Part shown: one piece after another, positions 6,659 through 15,280 of the stretch
Numbering within the stretch: the stretch's first letter is position 1
How the letters are laid out: every line of letters begins with the position of its first letter
DNA from: a virus
DNA: 64,000 nucleotides
Strand: one strand, 5' to 3'
IMG/VR virus record: IMGVR_UViG_3300033148_006964
Coordinates: 32,001-96,000 of that record
Translations under genes and position numbers: made by a program
The notes under the pieces: generated by a model
Database searches by the model: none
What the model was told of the DNA's origin: nothing
Seen by the model: the letters and a program-made list of their open reading frames with translations, nothing else

Positions 6659-9600
6659 TTATGAAGCAGGTAATTGGCATGAATCTCCATCACAATACTT
6701 TTCACCAATAGCTTGATTTATAAAATTTGTATAATTAGGTTTTTTCAAATTTTTTGACATTTTTATATAAGTAGCTTCATCTATTTCTTCATACGGAGCT
6801 TGTTTATATCCGTGATCATTGTATGGAAGCATACTTACTGATTTTAATCTAGAGTCAAATATTGATAAAGCATTTGCTATATCTCTGACTTCATCTTTCT
6901 TAAATGTAACTGTTATAGAAACTTGATTATCACACCAGTATTTTTGGTAATCTGAAGCGTTTAAAAATTGTTCCCACATTGTTACTTCTTTTTTCCCTTT
7001 AATAAAATATTTGGTTTTTACTGGAAATTCTACAACCATCATAGTATCCTCCTTGCCATAGCAAGGAACAACATTATATCCAGCTTCTACCATAATATTT
7101 ACTAAAGGCGAACTCTTAGCGACTATAATTCTTCTTATATAATATTCTGAATGAGCATAATGAATACCTGGCGATACTCCTGGCAATAACGATACTGAGC
7201 CAGAAGGTTTTACTGAGGTAATCTTAATGCTTCTTGGGATACATAACCAATCAGAATATATACCATCGAGTTCTCTTAAATATTTATAACCTTGTTGAGA
7301 CCATTCTAATACTGTTTGCCTACCGTGCCTGATAAAAGCATCGATAATTCCAGATTGCGAAGTACCAATCCTTCTATTACGAAGTAATACTGCGTTTGTA
7401 GGTTCCCAGTGAGTTGGTAACAATGTTACAGTCTTTGCATATAAATATGCATATTTAAGTGTTAGTCGATACTCATCATATGTCGCATGCAAAGAAGGGA
7501 AAGTTTCAACTAAATTGCATAATTCATATGATTCTAAAGTTTGTTCACTTTGATGTAAGTATATACCAGTACACGAGTTACAAGAATCATCTAACAATTT
7601 ACTTGAGATAACTCCAAGAGTATGGTGGCTATCTACAGTTCCGTTATATACATCTTCATGTCCATCAAATTCTACAGAAACAACTTTATGGTTAGCTATA
7701 GCGGCTAATTCTTTAAGTTGTTTATACGATGTTAGTGCAAATTTATTACCCGTAGACCCAGTTTGTCTTATTCTATAAGGAACACTATTTTGCTTGCACC
7801 CTTCCATCCATTCTAATTTAAAAGGATCTCTTTTTAATTTAAATTTAAGATCATTGTAAATTTTTATTTGAGATGCAAGTTTAGCCTTTTGTGTTAATTC
7901 AAATTTATCTTTTTGAGCTTGTTTTCTTTTTTTTGATCCATGCCCTGTATTAAGAAAAATTAAATTACATTTTTGACTACAAAAAGCGGTATTTCTAAGA
8001 CGATACGGAACATCATATTCTACTTTGCATTGATCGCACGTTCTAGTTATTATACATTTACCAACTTTATTATATTTAGCTTTTAATCCAGTAGATATGG
8101 CTTTTTCAAAGTATTCTTTTTGTACGCCTTTATGCCATTTTTTTAAACTTTCTCCTTTAAACTGAGATCTCCATTCTTCAGAATCCCAATATTTTTTCAT
8201 TATAATTTTTTGTTTTTCCATCCTATCTATAGTCTTATTGCCTATTTTTCTTTTAGTATCTTTAGAATGTTGTTTTCCATACATAGGATTTGATTCACCA
8301 GAACTATGAAATGAAATGTGTTCACTTTGAGGAATTGCCTCTAAGTTATTAATTAAATCATTTTTTTTATTTTTATCAATATGATGAATATGAACCTTCT
8401 TAGGTATTTTTTTATTAGAATAAGCTTCAAATATTCTTCTTGATTGAATATCTAAAATCCAATTCTCTTTACCAGGAGTGGTTTCTACATATCGTCGATC
8501 TCTTTTTACATAAGCTCTAAATGGCATTAAAGAATCTCCTGCTTGTAGCTCATAACATAACGCTATGTACCCGTCGCGCCTAATAAATTTATGGTCTTCT
8601 GTAACCCTAACACAACTTCCATCATCTAAAGTCACTTTATATACTGGTACCTTTTCACCAGTTTTATGAAATTGTCTCATATATGATATTGTTGATTTTC
8701 CATTTTTATCAAGACTATAAACAGGAACATCATTATCTTCATCAACTAGTTGTTTTATTGGTACAGCGTTTCTACCATCAGCTACGGCAATTAGTGTCTC
8801 ACCAACTACACAGCAGGGGTTACATCCGACTGCCTTATAGTCAAGATCATTTTGTGGATCTACCATACGGCTATATTTTTTTGCATTATCAAGCCAAAAT
8901 AAACCTGGTTCACCATTAACAGCTATTTTTTTAGCGATATCCGTATAGTCTTGTCCAACCTCTGCAAAAACACTATTATTTGAAGCCCATCTCCAGTTTT
9001 TTAATTCTTTAGGAAATAGCTTATAATCCTTCATATTAATAAACTGTTCATCGTTAGGATCGCCAAGTGCAATTAATGCAGTTCTTCTAACGTTTCCAGA
9101 TACAACACATTTTCCTATCATAGCGCAAATGTCAACTATAATAGTTGATGTTATTTTTTGGTCTATATGTGTTATTAACATTTTAGTTAACATATTTACC
9201 ATTTGTTTTAAAGGTCCTGAACCACTAGCCGTACCTCCAAAGCCTTTAATTGGAGCTCCTTCAGGACGTATTATTGAATAATCAAATTCAGGTATTTCAG
9301 ATCCAGTAAAAAAACCATTGAGTACAATACTCATGGTTTCAACCCAACCTTCTCTTGTGTCTGGAACTATAGCCGCCGTTTTAACAAAAGCTGGTTGTTT
9401 AATAATTATCTCACCAGCACCTTTAGTGTCAAATCCTACACCAACACCTAACATTGACATATCCATAAGAAAACGAAAAGGCCCAACAGGGTCTAATGCA
9501 AGATTTTTACTTGATACATACGAGCAATTTCCTGTAAGAATATTATCAGCTAAAGCAAATTTACCTTCATTTTTTACTGTAACACAAAATACTTCTTCAT

Positions 9601-10957
9601 ATCTATTTGTAGGAGTTACAGAATTTACAGTCCAATAGTTTTCTCTTTCTGTAGGCATTTTATCTAAAAAAGATTTTTTATGCTTATCCCTTAAAAAGAA
9701 ATCACTAGTTAAAAATTTTGATATAAAGACAACACTATGTATAGTATGTTCTCTATTAGTAAGATTTGATATTCGTTTACAACTACGTATTCTATTAGAT
9801 CCAATACCAAGTTTATAACAAACATCTCTTACAAATTTTAACGATTTTTTATTGCTACTATGTAATATTGAAGATCCGTTTGATACAGATCCGTCAGCAG
9901 CAAAATATCCTATTAGCCATCCTAATAAATAAGAACTATTTTCATGAATATCAGGTAATCTTTTATAATAATTTGGTAGATTTTTTATTATAGTTTTTGT
10001 CTTTTTCTCTTCAATATCTTTTTTATTGAAATAATTAGACAATTTCATTTTTTCTCCAAATAATTCTAATCGATTTGAATGGCGTTCTGTTTCAACTGAT
10101 GTTCCATCTCCGTAACATATTCCATGCATAATTCCTATTGAAGATGGTTTTAAGTTTGAAGAATTTAAACAGTTTTGACCAAAGACACATTGTAATTTAT
10201 GTTTATTTGGTCTAAGGTCTTTTGTTAAAAATTCTACATATTTAAAATTTCTATATTTAACTCTTCTATCTATACAAAACCACCTATGGTCTTTTGTTGT
10301 AAAGATTGTTTTTTTTACACCACATCTAGTTAAAATTAATTCATATAACTGTTGTTTTCCAAAACTATTAATTGGAGCTTTTACCCACTTACCATTATTT
10401 GTAAGGATGGTTTGTTGGGTGTCTTTACAATCTCCTAGTTTTTTTACACCTTCGCTAGTTATAAACTCAGTATTATATTCAAAACAATTATTTAAACATG
10501 CTGCTCCTACTTTATTAACGTGCTCAGTGTTTGACATCCATATGCCTCTACCTGGAGGAAGGAACTTCATATTAAATATTAAATCATACATGATCTTTGC
10601 TGATGCTTGAGCTTTACCGTTATACCATGGAACTCTATGAGAAAAACAATGTCGTTTTTGTATTGTAAAGCAACCTTCCACAACACGTCTAACAGTTTCA
10701 AACCATTTTTCTTTTTTTGTTTTTCCATATTCATCTTCATATGTTCTTGAGTAAGTCCTCATATAAGTAAATTCACCCAGAGGCCCCCAAGGTACTTTTT
10801 TCTTGGCATAACCTTGCACAAATTCTTCACTTAAATAAAAAGGTATAAATCTTGATGAGGTTTCTTCTTGTACAAAAAAACCACTATTTGACTTTAAAAC
10901 TGAACCATGCAAGTTGTCAGCCAAAATTTCCTCCTCAGTTTTTGATATTATATCCAT
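6659..10957 (-). CDS. nrdJ: Class II (B12-dependent, monomeric RTPR-type) ribonucleotide reductase with two inteins
   Basis: Motifs FTYMRTYSR, FLPPGRG, GKCVVSGNVRRTA, GCNPC|SEQTLESYELCNL, TSVKPSGSVS and YCDGDSC at the C-terminus. Removing both inteins leaves about 691 aa. Confidence 0.93.
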   Translation of the reverse strand: MDIISKTEEEILADNLHGSVLKSNSGFFVQEETSSRFIPFYLSEEFVQGYAKKKVPWGPLGEFTYMRTYSRTYEDEYGKTKKEKWFETVRRVVEGCFTIQKRHCFSHRVPWYNGKAQASAKIMYDLIFNMKFLPPGRGIWMSNTEHVNKVGAACLNNCFEYNTEFITSEGVKKLGDCKDTQQTILTNNGKWVKAPINSFGKQQLYELILTRCGVKKTIFTTKDHRWFCIDRRVKYRNFKYVEFLTKDLRPNKHKLQCVFGQNCLNSSNLKPSSIGIMHGICYGDGTSVETERHSNRLELFGEKMKLSNYFNKKDIEEKKTKTIIKNLPNYYKRLPDIHENSSYLLGWLIGYFAADGSVSNGSSILHSSNKKSLKFVRDVCYKLGIGSNRIRSCKRISNLTNREHTIHSVVFISKFLTSDFFLRDKHKKSFLDKMPTERENYWTVNSVTPTNRYEEVFCVTVKNEGKFALADNILTGNCSYVSSKNLALDPVGPFRFLMDMSMLGVGVGFDTKGAGEIIIKQPAFVKTAAIVPDTREGWVETMSIVLNGFFTGSEIPEFDYSIIRPEGAPIKGFGGTASGSGPLKQMVNMLTKMLITHIDQKITSTIIVDICAMIGKCVVSGNVRRTALIALGDPNDEQFINMKDYKLFPKELKNWRWASNNSVFAEVGQDYTDIAKKIAVNGEPGLFWLDNAKKYSRMVDPQNDLDYKAVGCNPCCVVGETLIAVADGRNAVPIKQLVDEDNDVPVYSLDKNGKSTISYMRQFHKTGEKVPVYKVTLDDGSCVRVTEDHKFIRRDGYIALCYELQAGDSLMPFRAYVKRDRRYVETTPGKENWILDIQSRRIFEAYSNKKIPKKVHIHHIDKNKKNDLINNLEAIPQSEHISFHSSGESNPMYGKQHSKDTKRKIGNKTIDRMEKQKIIMKKYWDSEEWRSQFKGESLKKWHKGVQKEYFEKAISTGLKAKYNKVGKCIITRTCDQCKVEYDVPYRLRNTAFCSQKCNLIFLNTGHGSKKRKQAQKDKFELTQKAKLASQIKIYNDLKFKLKRDPFKLEWMEGCKQNSVPYRIRQTGSTGNKFALTSYKQLKELAAIANHKVVSVEFDGHEDVYNGTVDSHHTLGVISSKLLDDSCNSCTGIYLHQSEQTLESYELCNLVETFPSLHATYDEYRLTLKYAYLYAKTVTLLPTHWEPTNAVLLRNRRIGTSQSGIIDAFIRHGRQTVLEWSQQGYKYLRELDGIYSDWLCIPRSIKITSVKPSGSVSLLPGVSPGIHYAHSEYYIRRIIVAKSSPLVNIMVEAGYNVVPCYGKEDTMMVVEFPVKTKYFIKGKKEVTMWEQFLNASDYQKYWCDNQVSITVTFKKDEVRDIANALSIFDSRLKSVSMLPYNDHGYKQAPYEEIDEATYIKMSKNLKKPNYTNFINQAIGEKYCDGDSCQLPAS
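7550..8812 (-). mobile_element. Intein 2 in nrdJ (421 aa, HNH/NUMOD3 endonuclease, C-terminal Gln)
   Basis: Junctions NPC|CVVGETL...GIYLHQ|SEQ. HNH motif HIHHIDKNKKNDLINNL and NUMOD3-like GESNPMYGKQHSKDTK. Confidence 0.88.
9527..10486 (-). mobile_element. Intein 1 in nrdJ (320 aa, LAGLIDADG homing endonuclease)
   Basis: Junctions LNN|CFEYNT...ILTGN|CSY. Two LAGLIDADG-like motifs, IMHGICYGDG and WLIGYFAADG. Confidence 0.9.
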
Positions 10958-11136
10958 AAAGGTTTATCTTCATTCTTTTTTGGGGTTGCTGCGTATTTTT
11001 TCTTTTTATAATATTGTTCAATTTCGATTGGAACTTCTTTATCATTATTAACTGCGTTAATATTATGAATCATTCCAAAGAATTTATCCTTAAAGTTTTC
11101 AGGCATTGATAGTGACACATAAACACGATCCGACAT
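10948..11136 (-). CDS. Hypothetical protein (62 aa) coupled to nrdJ
   Basis: AAGGAG RBS; its 3' end overlaps the nrdJ start. Confidence 0.65.
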   Translation of the reverse strand: MSDRVYVSLSMPENFKDKFFGMIHNINAVNNDKEVPIEIEQYYKKKKYAATPKKNEDKPLWI

Positions 11137-11165
11137 CTTATCTCCTTTATATAAATAACTATTCC

Positions 11166-11179
11166 ATAATAGTTATTAC
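11166..11179 (-). promoter_or_regulatory. Conserved promoter-like motif, copy b (GTAATAAC-TATTAT), overlapped by a 10-bp perfect inverted repeat at 11154-11177
   Basis: AATAACTATT-CCAT-AATAGTTATT, upstream of the nrdJ operon. Confidence 0.65.
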
Positions 11180-11199
11180 ACAAAGGAGGATAAGATAAC

Positions 11200-11227
11200 A
11201 AAAGCGGATCATGGAGATCCGCTTTTA
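11200..11227. terminator. Intrinsic terminator
   Basis: AAAAGCGGATC-ATGGA-GATCCGCTTTT hairpin at the end of the upstream minus-strand gene. Confidence 0.75.
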
Positions 11228-11664
11228 TCTATTTTAGCATCATATTCATCTTTAACAAAACCTATAGGAGCACTATTCCAATGATGCATTCTAAATGCCG
11301 CAATCATTTGAGGATATGCTTTTTCTATCATGATAATATTATCATGATCTGAATTTTCTATGGTATTTGCTAGACCAGTTACCAACGCGCCACTCATATA
11401 CTTGTACCAATAAAAAGATCCCCTTTTACATGTGTCTGCATTATATTTAATTTTTCTCTTTGTATCAGGAGTCGCAATGATTGGATGTAATGATACAGGC
11501 ACTTTGTTCCAGTTCGGTTCTTTAAATGCGTCAACCATATGAGGATACATTGATTTTATTTTATTAAGATTATTATTATCTGCATGCTGTATTGCTTGTG
11601 TAAGGCTTTTAAAAAAGTCCGATTGTTGTGCCATATACCATTCAAAACAACCTTTTTCAAACAT
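11209..11664 (-). CDS. Hypothetical protein with two ~55-aa internal repeats (start revised from 11775 to ATG 11664)
   Basis: GGAG RBS 7 nt before MFEKGCF. The repeats are GCFEWY...YPHMVDAF...WN and GSFYWY...YPQMIAAF...WN. Confidence 0.7.
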   Translation of the reverse strand: MFEKGCFEWYMAQQSDFFKSLTQAIQHADNNNLNKIKSMYPHMVDAFKEPNWNKVPVSLHPIIATPDTKRKIKYNADTCKRGSFYWYKYMSGALVTGLANTIENSDHDNIIMIEKAYPQMIAAFRMHHWNSAPIGFVKDEYDAKIDKSGSP

Positions 11665-11761
11665 AATATTCTCCGTTTCACTTTTTTTTAAAAATTTTAA
11701 AAACTTAATTGATAAGATCAGTATTATTATTAAAACAACACCGATCCCCATTAATACATTA

Positions 11762-12031
11762 TTACAGATCAACAAAATTTTTAATACTCATTTCAATTTT
11801 TATACTACCTTTTTTAGGTAACGGCATTTCACCAAGAGCTATTCCTTCATCGTTATACGCTACTACTTTTACTGGTATTAAACTTGTTTTCTTTCCTTCT
11901 TGCCCACGCTTATCCGCTATCACCGCAAGATCTTCATTGATATCAAAACCCTGTCCTTCTTTATAAACTGATGGATCTTCATCTTTAGTTTTAAGGTCTT
12001 TGAAATTAAGCAACTTATTATTATCTGGCAT
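11762..12031 (-). CDS. Hypothetical protein (89 aa; start revised to ATG 12031)
   Basis: GGAGGAG RBS directly upstream of MPDNNKLL. Confidence 0.65.
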   Translation of the reverse strand: MPDNNKLLNFKDLKTKDEDPSVYKEGQGFDINEDLAVIADKRGQEGKKTSLIPVKVVAYNDEGIALGEMPLPKKGSIKIEMSIKNFVDL

Positions 12032-12058
12032 AACTCCTCCTAATAAAAAAAAATAAAA

Positions 12059-12082
12059 AAAGAGGTTGATATACAACCTCTT
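12059..12082. terminator. Intrinsic terminator
   Basis: AAGAGGTTG-ATATA-CAACCTCTT hairpin, flanked by A and T runs. Confidence 0.75.
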
Positions 12083-12092
12083 TTAAATTGAT

Positions 12093-12230
12093 TTACACTC
12101 TATTAATCCTTCTACTGTTTTTTTTCATTTCCTTTCTGATTCTTTTTTTTGCTACATAATTTCTTGGCCTTATCTTTGATTTAATACTTCCAATACCGGT
12201 TGGATTTAAAATTGAATCTAATGCATGCAT
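12093..12230 (-). CDS. Small basic protein (45 aa), not in the ORF track
   Basis: AAGGAGG RBS, then MHALDSILNPTGIGSIKSKIRPRNYVAKKRIRKEMKKNSRRINRV*, followed by a terminator. Confidence 0.65.
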   Translation of the reverse strand: MHALDSILNPTGIGSIKSKIRPRNYVAKKRIRKEMKKNSRRINRV

Positions 12231-12268
12231 ACGGCCTCCTTTTTTAGCCACCCTTTAAGTATGTTTGT

Positions 12269-12415
12269 TTAAGCTTCAAATATATTTGCTAAAACATTAT
12301 CATCTTCATCAAATAAGTTTTTGTTTGATTGTGTTTTTCCGATGAACCCCTCATTAAAATTTTCATTTCTTTCACTAGGTAATAAATCATTATCATATAA
12401 TTCATCATCTTCCAT
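12269..12415 (-). CDS. Small acidic protein (48 aa), not in the ORF track
   Basis: AAGGAG RBS, then MEDDELYDNDLLPSEENENFNEGFIGKTQSNKNLFDEDDNVLANIFEA*. Confidence 0.6.
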   Translation of the reverse strand: MEDDELYDNDLLPSERNENFNEGFIGKTQSNKNLFDEDDNVLANIFEA

Positions 12416-12529
12416 TATAAACTCCTTGATATAATATGTAAGATCTTTAAATATTATATATCATTGGAGCTTTATATTGCAAATTATATGTTAAGATTTT
12501 TTTTAATTATAAAGATAATAACTGTTCCC

Positions 12530-12543
12530 ATATTAGTTATTAC
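12530..12543 (-). promoter_or_regulatory. Conserved promoter-like motif, copy c (GTAATAAC-TAATAT), overlapped by the inverted repeat AATAACT-N11-AGTTATT at 12517-12541
   Basis: Upstream of the small-ORF cluster and just downstream of a terminator. Confidence 0.6.
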
Positions 12544-12563
12544 GTAAAAAAAAGAAAAATCAC

Positions 12564-12597
12564 AAAAAAAAAGACAAAGCAAATCGCTTTGTCTTTT
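12564..12597. terminator. Intrinsic terminator
   Basis: AAGACAAAGC-AAATC-GCTTTGTCTT 10-bp stem, with an A-run giving the U-tract on the minus strand. Confidence 0.8.
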
Positions 12598-12623
12598 AAT
12601 ATTAAATAAGAACTGTTATGTCA

Positions 12624-13391
12624 TTATACAGTGCGTTTCCATTCTTCATTTATATAACTATATATTTGTCTCTCATTATAGCATAAGATTGGAACCCCAG
12701 AAATAATAACAGCAACTTTATAACCATCTTTTATGGGCATTAAGTATTTATTTTTATTAATACTAGCCTGGGCAGTTTCAATATCATCAAAATAATCTCT
12801 AACCTGTACAGTTTTAGTTTTTTCATTTATAGAGTATTCAACTGTAAATCCAGCTATTTCATATTTATCATCAACAGAGTCTATATCTATATCAGGTATA
12901 ATCTGACCACCTTCATTTGCTGGATCACTTACTTGTTCTTTCATCATTTCTGTTGTCTTTGTATTTATAATGCCACCTTCAATTTCATTATTAGACCTAA
13001 CGTCTTGTACACTACTTGGGTCAAATCCTGGGTTTTTAGATTTAGGCATTGCAGGTAGTTCGCCTTTTTTTAATTCTATTATATTAGGTTTAGAGTCTGT
13101 TTTTTCATCTTCACTATCAATAGGATGCGCTATGTCTTCCATTACCGCTGTATTTGTATCGTCTTCTACATTTTCTGGTTCAGATGTTTCCGCAATCTCT
13201 TCTAAAGTTTTAGCGTTAACAGCTTCAGGAGCTTCCTGGGCGTCTTTAATAAGATCTTCCATAGGATTACCAGAAGAGCCAGCATTGTACTCTATAGAGC
13301 CTTCTCCTTTTGCTGTTACAGATTCAACATCAACATCCTTAGATTCTTCATTTTCTGCATGTACATTAGTTTTTTCTTCGTTCATTACCAT
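12624..13391 (-). CDS. Hypothetical protein with a long acidic, disordered N-terminal region
   Basis: 255 aa, E/D-rich, with a GGAGG RBS. Confidence 0.7.
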   Translation of the reverse strand: MVMNEEKTNVHAENEESKDVDVESVTAKGEGSIEYNAGSSGNPMEDLIKDAQEAPEAVNAKTLEEIAETSEPENVEDDTNTAVMEDIAHPIDSEDEKTDSKPNIIELKKGELPAMPKSKNPGFDPSSVQDVRSNNEIEGGIINTKTTEMMKEQVSDPANEGGQIIPDIDIDSVDDKYEIAGFTVEYSINEKTKTVQVRDYFDDIETAQASINKNKYLMPIKDGYKVAVIISGVPILCYNERQIYSYINEEWKRTV

Positions 13392-13400
13392 CCTCCAGCA

Positions 13401-13739
13401 TTAAAGTTTATTATTTCGGTTTTGTAATTCTTTATCCATGGTTTCAAATATAGATATTATTGATGACTTTATAAGTTCATCTTTTAATATTATGTAAATC
13501 GGGTATTCAAGATTAAGCACCCCACTGGGGTCAATTATGCCTATTTCGCAATTAAAAAGGTGTTTTCTAAGAAAAGATACTGCATTAATAAGTTTTGATT
13601 TATCTAATAATTTAACATGATATTCGCCTTTTGGCTTTTCATCAATAAGGACTTCACGAATTTCAAAAAATTTATATTCCATTATAGCATAATGGATATT
13701 TTGTGGTTGAGTTGGTATGCCGTATCTATACGATTTCAC
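13401..13739 (-). CDS. Hypothetical protein
   Basis: 112 aa; ATGA overlap with the upstream gene. Confidence 0.65.
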   Translation of the reverse strand: MKSYRYGIPTQPQNIHYAIMEYKFFEIREVLIDEKPKGEYHVKLLDKSKLINAVSFLRKHLFNCEIGIIDPSGVLNLEYPIYIILKDELIKSSIISIFETMDKELQNRNNKL

Positions 13740-13939
13740 TTAGCGTCCTGGATTGATAATTTTATTTTAAATTTATTGGGATCATCAATATATGAATCTA
13801 TGAAAGCTGATAATATAGATTGCATAGTCGTTCCATTTTTATGAGCAGTTTCTTTAAATTCTTTTCTTTGTACATTTAAAAGTTTTAAATTTAATGTAGA
13901 CACTTTGTCTTCGCTTAGATCATTAATATTATTTATCAT
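13736..13939 (-). CDS. Putative ribbon-helix-helix DNA-binding protein
   Basis: 67 aa. VSTLNLKL followed by two helices (RKEFKETAHKNG, TMQSILSAFIDSYI) fits the Arc/CopG pattern. Confidence 0.55.
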   Translation of the reverse strand: MINNINDLSEDKVSTLNLKLLNVQRKEFKETAHKNGTTMQSILSAFIDSYIDDPNKFKIKLSIQDAK

Positions 13940-14116
13940 ATTTAGTCCTATTTTTATTATTATATTTTATATATTGTTTAATATAATATATGATAATGTT
14001 TTATGCAAATAATTTGTGATAATATATTATTTTATATATTATTTTATATGTTGCATTATATGGGTTAAAATATTATTTTATAATCATTGACTAATTAAAT
14101 GCAATAAGGAGGCATT

Positions 14117-14869
14117 ATGGAAGATAAACAAAGTGGTGGAGTTTTTGATCAAAAACCTATAAAAGAAGATGTCCCAGCTGCGTCTCCTATAGCAGAGGCG
14201 CCTAAAGAAAATTTTAAATCACCTGAAAATCAATCTCAACAACAAATGCCTCATAAAGCAATAAAAGAAAATGAGGATACTAAAAATTTAGGATCTTCTA
14301 GTGATGCTGATAATGTTCAGGAAGAGCTTGAAGATTTGGAAAAGGTATCTCCAGAAGATTTAAAATTAGCGGAACAGTTAATTTTTAAAGGATATGCTGA
14401 AAAAGATATTGAGATGCTAAATTTACCAGGAAATGTTTTTACAATTTGTTCTACAAGTGCTGCTGAATATGACATTATTGATGAAGTGGTTTTTGATAAA
14501 GTAAAAGGGTATGAGACAGATGACGGTAAAATAGATATGCCTCAAAATAAGCTAACAGCGTTAAAAACAGCTCTTATGATAGCTATTTCATATAGAGGTA
14601 GGAATAAAGAAGAGATCTGCGTTGATTCTGTGAACCATTTAAATACTATTAAAAATGCGATAATAAAGATCAGTGAATACCAAATGCTTGGTGAGATTAA
14701 AAAATTAGATGAATTAAAAGAAAGTTTAAAAAAATCATTATTGGTAAGGGCAATTCATATAATGAAACTTCCTACACAGATAATAGATTTTCTTTCTTCT
14801 GAAAAGCTCGCTTTTGATAGCACTATGTATAGGATTATGACTACTAAAAAAATACTCCCAAAATCCTAG
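14117..14869 (+). CDS. Tail assembly chaperone (G-like)
   Basis: Precedes the tape-measure-like gene and ends in the slippery heptamer C CCA AAA, which opens into a -1 frame. Confidence 0.65.
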   Translation: MEDKQSGGVFDQKPIKEDVPAASPIAEAPKENFKSPENQSQQQMPHKAIKENEDTKNLGSSSDADNVQEELEDLEKVSPEDLKLAEQLIFKGYAEKDIEMLNLPGNVFTICSTSAAEYDIIDEVVFDKVKGYETDDGKIDMPQNKLTALKTALMIAISYRGRNKEEICVDSVNHLNTIKNAIIKISEYQMLGEIKKLDELKESLKKSLLVRAIHIMKLPTQIIDFLSSEKLAFDSTMYRIMTTKKILPKS

Positions 14870-15168
14870 GGACTACTACAGGTACGGCTCGTGCTAATTT
14901 TATAGCTAATAATATTAAGTTTGAGTATGGGTCAACCCGCGAAAGTATCGCAATTTCAGAATTTAATCGTCAAAGAGGAATAACGTTTATATCTTCACTC
15001 TTTGCTGTAGTAGACCCAAAACAAATTAATAAAGCGGTACAGCAGTATAGAAGTGTTTTATATCCTGAAGAGAGATATGATGATATTATGTATATTAAGA
15101 AAGCTCAAAAAATGTTTGAAAAACTTAGAAAACATGATATTAAGATTATGCCGTTTAAGATTAAGTAG
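14860..15168 (+). CDS. -1 frameshift extension of the tail assembly chaperone (GT-like), missed by the ORF track
   Basis: About 102 open codons (KILGTTTGTARANF...MPFKIK*), bounded upstream by TAA 14845-14847. There is no ATG until 15088. Confidence 0.7.
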   Translation, partial: KILGTTTGTARANFIANNIKFEYGSTRESIAISEFNRQRGITFISSLFAVVDPKQINKAVQQYRSVLYPEERYDDIMYIKKAQKMFEKLRKHDIKIMPFKIK

Positions 15169-15196
15169 TAAAATTTAAGAATTAATTATATAATAA

Positions 15197-15230
15197 TAGG
15201 GATATGGATTGCTCATATCCCTTTTTTGTT
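15197..15230 (+). terminator. Intrinsic terminator between the chaperone and tape measure genes
   Basis: AGGGATATG-GATTGCT-CATATCCCT followed by a T-run. Confidence 0.65.
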
Positions 15231-15280
15231 TTATATTATATGTACCTGCCATTAATATGTTTTTTATTTAAGGAGTTAAG

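Noticed and set aside
11665-11775. N-terminal transmembrane segment of track ORF 11209..11775
   Set aside because: It overlaps the upstream gene and lacks an RBS. A good RBS precedes ATG 11664, so the hydrophobic leader is probably not translated.
14867-14905. TAG recoding or read-through (alternative genetic code)
   Set aside because: The zero frame meets another TAG 12 codons later, while the -1 frame stays open. Long genes across the window translate intact with the standard code.
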